Source: Haplodiscus bocki (lineage: Eukaryota). Taken from it: a DNA stretch of 64,000 nucleotides. Both the position numbers and the translations under genes were made by a program. The stretch lies in contig OZ296648.1 of NCBI GenBank assembly GCA_965655095.1, forward strand, positions 104,718,001-104,782,000, given 5' to 3'. Under the pieces are notes generated by a model. It saw only the letters and a list, made by a program, of their open reading frames with translations. It was not told where the DNA came from and did no database searches. Each line of letters starts with the position of its first letter. Position 1 is the stretch's first letter. This document shows, in pieces, positions 39,541 to 51,168 of this stretch.

Positions 39541-42500
39541 AGTAGAAGAAGAGTGAGAAAAGGTGACGATGGGGGGAGGGGGGGTGGAAGACTTTATGTA
39601 TCAAGATAGGTTAGAGCAAGCCGAATGGAGCCGAGAGCCAGGAAGGGTCTTCAAACATAGCCGTGAGCTCTCGGGTGACGTACTGCTCAATTCACTTTGG
39701 TTGATCAGAAGTCTTTACAGAAACACTTGGCCTTCGTTTAGTGCTTTTGAACTCTTGGTTGAATCTAATACTTCCTTCCTGTGGATCCAAAAATTGTCCT
39801 TTCGCTGCATATACGCTCGCATTGAACCTGAATTTGAAGACGTTCCGGAAAAAAAGGCACAAACCGATACTTCAACTGAACAATATTCACATTCTGATGC
39901 AATACTTTCAGGCTATGTCTTGCAATAAGTAGTATATGATAGCAAGGGCCAGATAGACTTTTGTTGCATGGGTTACAGGGCGATTTCAAAAGTAAATTAA
40001 ATTTTTTTCATAGTGTTCTAGCGGAACGATCGAAAAAAATTCTTCCTAAATTGAGATGAAAAAAGGCATTGTTTGTAGCATAAAAGCAGCCGCTTTTACT
40101 GTAAAGCTGTCTACTCAATTCATTCTCAATCATTATTTGACTTGATTGAAGTACAAGCAAACAACCTAATTCATACATGTAATTATATGGACACAAAAAT
40201 CAGACCATTACCATAACAAAAAGTTGCGTTGACCAATCACTTTGCAAAATTTTTAGTGACCTGGTTTGTGCCTATCAAAGTTGAAAAACATTTCCGTGAG
40301 TGCCTGGCATCGAGAATCTACAATCCAGATGCAGTGACAAAGGCGTGCATTAACCTTATAGTTAGTTGTTGTTTGAAATGTTTGCAATAAACAAGTGAGA
40401 AAAACTTCTTCAAAATAAAGATAATTACTGAACCAACCTGCACCACACAACAAAGAGATTACTGCAAAATGTGTTGTTTCAGGTCAAAAAAAACAAAGTC
40501 CGGACACTGAACGGAAACTACAAAGACTACTGAGTAAACTACTATGGTGAAAAGAACTTGAAGGGCGCTTTTTCAATTTCTTATTTGCAAGAAAACAATT
40601 TTCAGCTCTCAAGAGTTTTTAAATGTTCAAAAGCACCTGGTTTTTGTCAACAAAACGTGCAGTCAAGTTTTTCCGGTCGTTTGAGAAAACTAAAGGAAAG
40701 AGGACAGGTGAGACTGGGAAATTGTTAAGAAAAGTATACACAGTTTAATGAAGCATCCGTGTTGAGCTTCTCTTCATATGTCGTTCAAAAAACTTCTTCT
40801 AGTTTCTGTTCCGTATTTGTCACAAGTATATCTTTCCTTGTGACTGAGTTTGGTCTTTTCACTAATCCTTGTTTGACAAACTAACCTGAGATAAGTTATT
40901 GTTATGTAATGTAACCAAGTGAACAGTAACAATGCGAGAATAATAGTGACGGTTTCAAAGTGGCAAAATACTGTGTTGATGCTGTCACTATACATGGAAA
41001 AACCCAACACGCAGGAATTGTTTCAAGCTTAACTAGATAAGGAAGCATTACTTAGTAGTAATTCCATAAAAGGAAAGTCTGGTTCTCAAAAGTTAAACAA
41101 AATCTGTTAAAGTCAAATAATTCTTTCGTCAATGTCACCGGCGGCAAGAAGCGATAACATTTTAACTATCTCAATCTAATATTCTTGTACTGGTGATATT
41201 CTGTCCAACAAAAACAACCAAATGAAACACTGATCCTCAGATGAAGCGACAGACTGTCTGTGAAAGACAAGCAAGTGGCAGAATTTCCCCTGGTTAGGAG
41301 ACACGTTTTCTAGAAGAATTAGCCAATTGAATCAAATTGACCTAATAAGGAGACACCATTTGTGAGAAACATTTTTTTTCCACTACGTATTTTGTCTTTT
41401 CAACTCTCAATTAAAATGTCTTCCGTGGAAAGAAGAATAAATGCGTGTAAAGCTGAACAATTTGTCTGGATGTCGAAGACTTTCGATGACAGACCCATAG
41501 ATTTATCGACGTAAACTAATGCCTTACACCAACATAACGAACTTACCGAGCCCAATAAAGTTTTCAACCAGTACACCAATTTTCAATATATAAATGTATA
41601 CACTATACGAATCAAGTTTTATACTAATGCACAGCCTGATCTTCGAAAAAGAAATAAATCAAAATCCGAAAAATTTTGTAATTTATAATTCAAAATCAAC
41701 TGTTTTTAGAGAAAAACAAAAATACAAAATGTGTCGAACCAGAACGTGATTTTTTAAACGGAAAATTTTTTGAAACGCTGACAACTTTCAAAAGTTTGAT
41801 TTCAAAATCTGACGCATTGTGACAGTTTTATTTCAAAGTATGACGCGTCTTGAGAAAATCGATTCGAAATCTGACTTGCTGTATAATTTTCACTTCAAAA
41901 TTTAACACGTCATAAAAAAATGAATTCAAAATCAGGCGCGTTGTAAAGTTTTTATTTCAACATCGGATACGTTGTAAAATCATTGGATCAAAAAGTGACA
42001 AGTTGTAAAAAATTTTATAAAAGTTTCTGAGTTGTTTTGAAATTTCGGATTCAAAATGTGACTTTTTACTTTTTTTTCGGGTTCTCACCGATAGATAACT
42101 TCTGTTACAGAGTTTCGATAACTTTGGCAAAGAAGAGTTTTTGAGAAACGTTTGTAGTTTTTCGAGTACCAGATGAGAACCGCTCGTAAAAGAATAGCAA
42201 CCGTCTGATTGTTGAAGACACTTTCTGAACAAATGGCTCTAAGCAAGGTACGCAATCAGTGGCGAAAGTTTTCACTAAAACTTGCCTACGATGTAAGTCA
42301 GCGCTCAATTTTGTCGAAATTGAGTAACTTTTCCTTTTTGAATGAAGCGATACACTTCTACAATACAACCCAAACTTCTACTTTTGATCCTACAAAGCTT
42401 GCAAGTTTTTCTAATTTGCGCCCAAGTTTACTTCCATATTGAATTTGCCGTCTTATGTTCGAGAAAGCGTTTCCTTCAACAACAAGGTCTTTTCGAAAGA

Positions 42501-43979
42501 TTAAGAGAACACTCTGATTTATGTTGATTTTGAGTGTGGCAAAAGTTTCTACCCTGAAGCTCCGAAAAGTGGGACAATTCAACAATCGAAAACGGAAGAA
42601 CGTTTCCAGATGCTGTAGAAAAACGAGGTGCATCCAAAATAACTACCAAGGGAAATGTTCTAGTGATAAGCAGAACTCCTCTAAAATGTTTCTCAACCAG
42701 TATAATTCTTGAAAAATGGAAACAGCTGCTGTTGTCTCATTCAAACACAATACTGACTGGGACTGTTTGTCCAATCCTTATTCTGAAAAAAAACCAGTCA
42801 ACAGCCTAGAACAGACTTAAATTCTTTGTTCTCTTCATTGCGCCGGATAGACAGTAAAAAGAGCGGATTGCGCCTCAATTTTGCTTCCTTTTCAAAAAAC
42901 TAACCAGACGGACCAGTAAACGAAACAATTGCTACGGTTGATGAGTTGAGTGATATTTTCGGAAGCCCGCAGCAAGGAGTGGAGTTCCACCGTTTGTGAA
43001 GAACGGTGGCTGGATTTAACAGTAGCTCTCTGTTTAAGGTCTTTGACTTCTCTTGATTACAGGCTCAAAGTTTATGAAGTGTTTTGAAAATTTGGATTTC
43101 TTGTTCGTTTTCTCTGAAGATTTTGAGTCGGAATTAAAACTTCGTCAAGAAGAACTACAAAGTAACACTCCCATAAGCCGCCAAAACCACAATGCATGAG
43201 CTCACCCTACCAAAATACCTAAGTAAACAAACTTCTCAGCCTCCACTCTCTATAACCTAGTTCAAATTTTGAACAAGTTGACTCTTTGTTGTTTCATAAT
43301 ACAAAACAATATCATAAAAGAGTCTTTGAAACCAAACTACCTATATTTGTACATTCCAAACCCTATGGTCTTTAGTAAGACATTTCTTGAAAACCATTCG
43401 CTGTCTAAGTATATTGATGAACACACTTGGATTGGATTGCTTGTCCTAAAAGAGACTAATACATTGATCACCGTTTGGAGACTCGAATTTTATCCGAACA
43501 CTTTGATTTCATCAACAAAAGAAACACACATCGTACACTAAATCAAAAATGAAACGTCCCCTATTCAAAATATTGGATAATGAAGTAACGAATTGCAAAA
43601 AAAGGTCAGATCAAAATCTGACGCTCCTCAAAAACCTCAATTCAACTTCCAAAACGTAAAAAAATTCCTCCGAGATGTGTTTTTGAGTTCTATTCTCGGA
43701 CTCTAAGTCAATGATCATACCAGTTGTCATTGATAACACCAATTTGTTGGGAGGATGTATTTCAAAAAACAATAAATCAAGGTCTGTTTTAGATTTTGTC
43801 GCCAATTGTACCTCCAAAAGCTGCCAATCGTCAATTCGCTCCTCAATCTGCGGATAAAAACGTTATTACAGCACACAATTTTCAAAAAGGCTATAGACAG
43901 AACTCTGTGGATCCTAAGAAGGAGCAGATCATCAGTTTTTCCAATTATAGACAATTGTAAAAGCAAAGGAAGACGCGCT
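39541..43979 (+). repeat. Left arm of the large inverted repeat
   Basis: Reverse-complement matches to the right arm throughout: 40,070-40,170 vs 48,715-48,820; 40,790-40,940 vs 47,945-48,100; 42,730-42,900 vs 45,770-45,940; 43,260-43,500 vs 45,180-45,420; 43,741-43,930 vs 44,746-44,935. Confidence 0.95.
41780..42060 (+). repeat. Degenerate ~31-bp minisatellite (approximate consensus ttcaaaatctgacgcgttgtaaaatttttga), ~8-9 units
   Basis: Successive units: ttcaaaatctgacgcattgtg, ttcaaagtatgacgcgtcttg, ttcgaaatctgacttgctgt, ttcaaaatttaacacgtcat, ttcaaaatcaggcgcgttgt, ttcaacatcggatacgttgt. Confidence 0.75.
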
Positions 43980-45989
43980 TGAGCAATGTTATAAAATCGG
44001 AAAAAACCAGCAAGTTATTAGATGAAGTTGTTCTTGAACATTGGGTTAGGATTGGTAATAGCTCGGCATTGTAAGAAAGTAGGGTTTCCTTGGGCAAATT
44101 TTTGAAATAGGGTACCTCTCAACACTTTAAAAAAACAAGGTGTACCTCAGCAAAGTATTAAGACAGCGTGTAAGACACCACAAGGTAAAAAGACAGAGTT
44201 TACTTAGGCAGTGTAACACTGTATGGTGTAGATACGGGTGTCGGCGTCATTAATCTGACATAACATTAAGATTTCTGTGAAAACCGAGCGCATCAGACCG
44301 TCAGTGTATTAAGATGTGCAGTCCGAGCTGATTTTGTTCGATAACGTAATTTGATAGCTTTTAGAGCCGGTCTGTGCATACAATGAAAATTGGTGGAGTA
44401 GTCAAGAAGCTGAGAAGTTGCAGGCTTATGTTTTAAGTACGTTTCAATTCTGCAACTTTTGAATACAAACTATAGGCGCGGGAATTTTTGGGACACCTGA
44501 GGTATGTTTCGAGCCACACATGTCTTGAGTTTCGATTTTCCATCAAGCACTGCCAGTTTTGATTGTTGTCAAGATTGTGGTAGGAAATGTCTCTCACCCA
44601 GTTTCAGGTAGATTCTGTGTAGGTGTCAGCTTCTTTCCATCGCTTTTTCTGCTTGCTCACACGAAACGAGGAAAAAATGGACGGAATTTCATCTGCAGTG
44701 CGTCTTCTTTTGATTTTACAGTTGTCTTTATTGAGAAACACTATTGATCTGCTCCTTTCTAGGATCCACAGAATTCTGTCTATAGCCTTTTCGAAAATTG
44801 TGTGTTGTAAAAACGTTTTTACTCGCAGATTGAGGAGCGAATTGACAATTGGCAGCTTTCGGAGGTACAATTGGCAACTAAATCTAGAACAGACCTTGTT
44901 TTATTGTTTCTTGAAAATTATCATCCCAACAAATTAGTGTTAACGTTGACAGCTGGTATGATCATTGACTCAGAACCCGAGAATAGAACTCAAAAACAGA
45001 TCTCGGAGAAAATTTTTTAGGTGTTGTAAGTTGAATTGAAGTGTTTGCGGAGCGTCAGATTTTGAGCTGACTTTTTCTTGCACTTTGCTACTCCATTATC
45101 CAATATTTTGAATAGGGGACGTTTCATTGTTCAGTGTACGATGTGGGTTCTTTTGTTGATGAAATCAAAGTGTTTGAATAAAATTCGAGTCTCCAAACAG
45201 TGATCAACGTAATAGTAGCTTTCGGGACAAGCAATCCAATCCGAGTGTGTTCATCATTATACTGAGACAGCGAATGGTTTTCAACAATGTCTTACTAAAG
45301 ACCATAGGGTTTGGAATTTACAATTATAGGTAGTTTGGTTTCAAAGACTCTTTTATGATTTTGTTTTGTATTATGAAACAACAAAGAGCCAACTTGTTCA
45401 ATTTTTGAACTAGGTTATAGAGAATGGAGGCTCAGAAGGGTGTTTACTTAGGTGTTTTGTTGGGGTGAGCGTGTGCAATGTGGTTTCGGCTGCTTATGGG
45501 AAAATTATTTTATGGTTATTCTTGATGAAGTTCTGAATCCGGCTCAAAATCTTCAGAGAAAACGAACAAAAAATGCAAATTCTCAAGACACTTCTTAAAT
45601 TTTGAGCCTGCAAACAAAGGAAATTAAAAAACTAGATCAAAGAGCAACACTTAAATTGAACTACAGTTCATCACAAACGGTGAATCTCCACTTAGTCCTC
45701 TGGCCTTCCAAAAAGACCCACTCAACTCACCAACGGTAGCAACTGTATCATTTACTCGGCCGTCCGGTTAGTAAGTTTTTTGAAAGAAAGCAAAACTGAC
45801 GCGCAATCCGTTCTTTTTACTGTCTTTCCGGCGCAATGAAGAGAACAAAGAAAATCAGTCTGTTCTACGCTGTTGACTTGTTTTTCGAGGATAGTGATTG
45901 GACAAAGAGTGTCGGTATTGTGTTTGAATGACATAACAGCTGCCGGTTCTATGTTTCATGATCTGTACGGTTTGAGAAAGAGATTAGAG

Positions 45990-46796
45990 GTTTGATGCTC
46001 ATCAAAACAACATTTATTTTGACAGTTACTTTGGATGCATCTGGATTTCTCACAGAATTTGGAATTTTTCTTCCGTTCCCTCTTGATGAACTGTCCGACC
46101 CTTCTAGGAACTTCAGGTTAGAAAGTATTACCACAGTCAAAATTTACATAAGTCAAGAAGTTCTGCCCTCAATGACAAAGACCCTGTCAATGAAAGAATC
46201 TGTCTCCAGGTACTTATGAGCCAAAAATGTTTTAAATTAAACCTCTGGGTGCAAAACAAAATAAAATGCAAGCTATGTAGGAGCAGAAACAAATTGTTGG
46301 GTCCTGTTATAGTTATACATCACTTCATGCAAAAAGGACAAATTAATCAATTTCGACAAAGTTGAGTAGTGATTTCTGATCGTAGTGAAGCATTGGTGAG
46401 AACTTTTACCATTGGTCAGGTAAGTTGGCATCTGGAAGAAGCAAGTTACTTTTGTTGAAAACATATTTTAAAGAGTGCGTTTTCAGGGTAACAAGATACT
46501 CATTTTCTACGGTTTTAACCAATTCATACCTACTTTATAAGAATAACTTTCATTTTGGTCAGAGTCATAGCAAATTCCTTATATGGAAAGTGTTTACTTT
46601 TTGGGGTCTTAGTGCATGTTTCAAAACTGTTTTGTCTTTTAAAGTTATTTGCTCAGAACTGCCATTCAACAATCAGACGGTTGCTGTTTTTTTTACAAGC
46701 GGTTACCATTTGTTACGCGAAAAACCAATGAAGTTTTTCTATAAATCTGTTCTGTGCAACCTTTCGAACTTCTGCAACAGCTATATCTGGCAGTGA
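45990..46796 (+). pseudogene. Decayed Polinton accessory gene (QSDGC-motif family, function unknown), right-arm copy; mirrored on the minus strand at ~42.1-42.7 kb
   Basis: aacaatcagacggttgctg at ~46,668 matches the reverse complement at ~42,196-42,214 (ORF 41957: KCLQQSDGCYSFTS) and aacaatcagacggctgctg at ~61,258 (ORF 61164: NFFKQSDGCCYVAS). Confidence 0.55.
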
Positions 46797-46819
46797 GAAC
46801 CCGAAAATCCAATTTGAAA

Positions 46820-47105
46820 ATCACTTTTTGAATCTCAAAAATGGAAACACGTCTGAAGTTAGTATAAAAGTTTCACAACGTGTGACTTTTTGCATCAAAA
46901 CTTCACAACGTATACGATTTTGTTTTAGGAAATTTACAACTCGCCAGACTTTGAATTCACTTTTTTACGACGCTTTAAAGTTTGAAGTGAAAACTTTACA
47001 ACGAATCAGCTTTCGTTTAATTTTTTCAAGACGTGTCATACTTTGAAAGAAAAATTTCACAAGGCCTCAGATTTTGAAAAAAACTTTTGAAACTTGTCAG
47101 CGTTC
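46820..47105 (-). repeat. Mirror copy of the ~31-bp minisatellite in the right arm
   Basis: Units acaacgtgtgactttttg, acaacgtatacgattttg, acaactcgccagactttg, acaacgaatcagctttcg and acaaggcctcagattttg are reverse complements of the 41.8-42.06 kb units. Confidence 0.75.
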
Positions 47106-49181
47106 AAAAAAATTTTCCGTTCAAAAAGTCATATTTTGGTTCGATATGTTTAGCTTTTTTTGTTTTTTTTTCAAAAAAAGCTTGATTTTGATTTTTAAAT
47201 GACAAAACTTGTTGAATTTTGATTTTTTTTCGAAGATCAGACTGTGCCTTAGTATATTACTTGATTTGTATAGTCTATACAATTATACATGAAAAAACAG
47301 TGGTGTACTAGTTAAAATTTCATTAGGCTGGGTAGCTTCTTTATGTTGGTGTAAGTCGTTAGTTTACGTGGGTTTGTGATCTATGGGTCTGTGAATCCAT
47401 AGGTCTGTGATCGTAAGCTTTCGACATCTGGTATAAATGTTCAGTTTTACACGCAATTTTTTTTTTCATGGAGGACTTATTGATTGAGAAATGAAAAGAA
47501 AAGAAACTTGGTGAAAAAAATAGTTTTCTCGCAAAAAGTGTCTCTTTATCGATTAAATTTCTTTCAATTGGCTATTTATTCCAGACAACTTGACTCCTAA
47601 CCAGGGGAAATTGTGCCCTTTGCTTGTCTTTCGCAGACAGTCTGTGGGCTGATCTGAGGATCTTTGTTTCACCGGATTGTTTTTGTTGGACAAATAATCA
47701 CCAGTAGAAGAAGAATAGTTTGAGATGGTTAGATTTTTCTCGCTTCTTGCCGTTGGTATCACGACGAAAGAATTGATTGATTTTAACAGAGTTTTTTAAA
47801 TTTTCAGAACCAGACTTTCTCTTCAGGGATTTATTACTAAGTAATGCTTCCTCATATGGTATTGCTCAAAACATTTCCTGCTTGTGGGTACCTTTCATGT
47901 ATAGTAACAGCATTCAAACAGTCTTTTGACTCCCTAATTTTCAATATTCTTCTTGCATTGTTACTGTTCACTTGGTTACACTACTTATCATTATTTTTTC
48001 TCAGGTTATTTTGTCAAACAAGGATTAGTGAAAAGACCAGTCTCAATCGCAACGAAAAATTGATTTTTGACAAATATAGAACAGAAACTAGAAGAGATTT
48101 TTTTGGTTAGCATAGGAAGAGTTGCTCAACTGCGACGCTTCATCGTATTCATTGTCCCATTCTCTCAATAACATCACAGACTCACCTCTCTCTACGTCTT
48201 TAGTTTTCTCGAATGACTGTTGAATTTTGACAGCAGTTTTTGTTGAAACAGTGAGGCTCATTTGAACAAATAGCTCGTTCTGAGAGCTTGGAATTGTTTT
48301 TTTTCAAGTAACAAAATAGCAAGCAGCCTTCAAGCACTTTCCAAACCAGTACTTTATTGAATAGCTTTTGTAGCTTCTATTGACTGTCCGGACACTGGTA
48401 TTTTGCCCAGCGAGAACACATTTTGTGTTATTTTCAAGTTGTGTGATTGAAGCTGATCCAGGGAATGTCTGTATACGAAAAAAGTTTTTTTCACTAGTTT
48501 TTTGCAAGTTATTCAAATAACAATTATCTAAAACGTTAATCCACGCTTTTGTCGCTGCATCTTGATTATTTCTCGATGTCAGCCACCTACGGAAATGATT
48601 TAGAAGTTTGAGAGTCTTAAATCAGGTTGCTAAAAGTTTTGCAAATTGATTGTCAACGGAATTTCTTCCTATGGTAATGGTCTGAACTTTGTGTCCATAT
48701 GAGTATATTTATGTTTTAGGTTGTTTGCTTGTACTTCAATCAGGTCAAATACTGACTGAAAATTAATTGAGTAGACAGCTTTACAGTAAAAGCGGCTGCT
48801 TTTTTGCTACAAACGATGCCCACTTCCTTCTCTTTTTAGAAAGATTTTTTTTTTCGTTCATTCCGCGAGAACACTATGCGAAACAATTATTTACTTTTAT
48901 AAATGCCTTGTAACCCAAACAACAAAAAACTCTTCCTCATCTGGCCCATGCTACCATATAAAACTTATTGCAAAAGATTGCCGGAAAAGGCGTTTGACAA
49001 ACTGAACGACCTTCAGTTCAAGTTTCAGTTTGTGGTTTTTTTTCTGGAACGTGTTCAAGTTCAGATTCAGTGGGAGCGTATGTGCAACGAAAGGACAACT
49101 TTGGTTATACTGGACAAAGTTTTTAAATTCAGCCAACACTTCAACCTAATTGAACGACTGCCAAGTGTTTCTATAGAGACT

Positions 49182-51000
49182 ATTGAGAGATTAATTAAAG
49201 CAACAGCTAACTTCAACTTCAGGGAATACAAATCTTGAGAAGGCTAAAGCGACAGAGTTGCTGAAAGGCATTGTAATTATCAATAAAAGTGAGCAACAGA
49301 TTGATTCCTTGAGATCAATAAATGCTCTGGGGTTTGGTAATTTTGAAGCTTACTTTGTTTCTTTGATAATTAAAATTTCGATTGAGCTACATTTAACGGG
49401 CTAAAATTGCGCAATTGAGTCTGAGCAGTTAATGGGGAGAGCTTGACTTGATATCAGATGTTTAATTCTTTCTTTAGTTTATCAGTCAAGAGATGGGTGC
49501 TTCACAGTGTCAGTCTCTTTTCATGCCTACTTCTGTTGGTTTTTGACACTGTCTTGAATCCGCCGCGGGCGGGAACATGCGTAATACATAATTTCACATC
49601 ACCAATCAGTACGGAAGTAAGCAACGGTCCTTTTCGATTTCACGTCTTCTGCCTCAACTTTTCTCCTAGTTTCTTCTCCGAAACTTCCAGAACATTTGAA
49701 GTTCAAACCAAGAACAGACAAACGACACATGATATCGTATTTGGCTAGAAACATGCATCAAACTAGAAAGTTGAAAAACTTGTCTTTATACTTTCTGAAT
49801 TTCAAACCATGACTCCGCTATCAAATTTTTTGTCAAGTTGCCGGGCCTCAAATTTCGCGGGAAGCCTGATATCATACTTTTCCTGTCAATTTTTACAAAA
49901 CTTCAGGGGTAAGTTGAGTATTGCAGACTCCGTTGCTGAATGTTGCTCATTGAATTTCTTTTTTGTAAAACTGGCGGCTCTTCGTCGCAGGAGTACTGCT
50001 TGTTTGTGAAGCTGTAATCATGAACTATCTTCTTGCAGTCTCTCAATTAGAAGCTACTGAACACTTGTCCCAAAACCAATTCACCTGACAAATTAAAGAA
50101 GCAATACCAATAAAAAAATTGAGCAATTCTGGAAAAATGTCAACTACTTGTCACAAACGTCTGACTGTACGATTGAGATGTGTATTATTCAACCTGTCTA
50201 TTTCGCTCATCAAAGAAATTTTTCAGCCCAATATACTTTGAAGTTGAATTTGGCAAGTGATGTCTTTGCTTGTTTATTGCGATTACAGAGAACGGGAAAA
50301 ATAGGGTTCGGACGATGAACGATGTCTTTTTTACTTCAAAAACTCTAACATTATCTCAACTTAAGTTGCTGTAGTACACAAAATTTGTCAAAGAAACTTC
50401 AACTTGATACATTGATTGAACTATAATATCTTTTTACATTATCGAACGTCCTTGTTTTCCATAGGACATTTGCAGTACTTTAAAACATTGACGGAATCGA
50501 AAACGACGCTGAAAACCGAAATTTTTTTCAAAATCTGATAAGGAAACATTGCAGAAATGTAATAGCAATAAAAATGAGTATCCGCAGGCAAAACAATTAA
50601 TTGCAGATGCAGAAAATTATCTGCAGGCGTACTGAACTATCCGCGAGCGTAAATGACTATTCTCACGGGCGGTGGCCAGCAACAGTTGATCCAGAAGCTT
50701 TCTTAGAAAAAAACCATTTCCTCGTAGAAACAGTAGTCTGACAGTGCCGAAAAAACCACAGTTTTTATTGCGTTGCAAATCTTTAGAACTTAATCTACAA
50801 CATTTACGAATACCATTTCCTATATGGAAACATTATTGAAAATCTTTCCTTACCTTACTATATTGCCGATTTATGCCCTATGTTAAAACTTTGACAAACT
50901 CCACGCTATCTTAAAACCTTGATAAACCATGCCCTCTTTTTTTACAATGCTTAGCTGTACCCTACATTAAGAGAATGCCGAAAGAGTGTCCGTGCGGAAA
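49182..51000. other. ~1.8-kb segment present only in the right arm (probable secondary insertion; possibly a LINE ORF1-like remnant on the minus strand)
   Basis: Arm homology stops after ccaagtgtttctatagagact (49,161-49,181) and resumes at aaacttcgtaaaccaacc (51,001). A weak minus-strand DRKSMISGFP near 49,870 resembles R-x-x-N-I-I-I-x-G-L-P. Confidence 0.55.
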
Positions 51001-51168
51001 AAACTTCGTAAACCAACCAGAATCAAGTTTTACGTCATCCGAGACCTCTCAGTTACGCTTGAATACACGTTTCGAATGTCGGTTCTACTCAACTTTTGCC
51101 TATCGTACTACGTAATATTGTTCAACCGCCCCCCCCCCACCGTCAGCTCTGCTCACTCTTCCGCAGCT

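Larger units (their letters stand above)
39541..51168. mobile_element. 11.6-kb foldback (palindromic) insertion with Polinton/Maverick-type ends, non-autonomous
   Basis: Left end agtagaagaagagtgagaaaaggtgacgatgggggg matches the reverse complement of the right end, agctgcggaagagtgagcagagctgacggtgggggg. Flanks are gacaaa (39,535-39,540) and gacagg (51,169-51,174). The long arms are inverted, and the insertion interrupts a PLE ORF between RT and endonuclease. Confidence 0.8.
44697..51168 (-). repeat. Right arm of the large inverted repeat (44,697-~49,181 plus ~51,001-51,168), interrupted by ~1.8 kb of unrelated DNA
   Basis: Same matches as the left arm. The inner end agtgcgtcttcttttgattttacagttg pairs with caattgtaaaagcaaaggaagacgcgct at ~43,952-43,979. 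The terminal ~170 bp pair with 39,541-39,715. Confidence 0.92.

Noticed and set aside
39563-39928. 121-aa ORF at the left terminus as a real gene
   Set aside because: It starts in a G-run of the terminal repeat, has no recognisable motif, and no equivalent ORF is listed for the mirror arm.
41780-42060. CRISPR-like array (~31-bp periodicity)
   Set aside because: The units are contiguous and degenerate, with no conserved repeat/unique spacer alternation.
39541-51168. LTR retrotransposon, or CACTA/Mutator-type element
   Set aside because: The repeats are inverted rather than direct, no gag/pol or transposase was recognised, the ends are AG/CT rather than TG/CA or CACT, and the candidate TSD is 6 bp.
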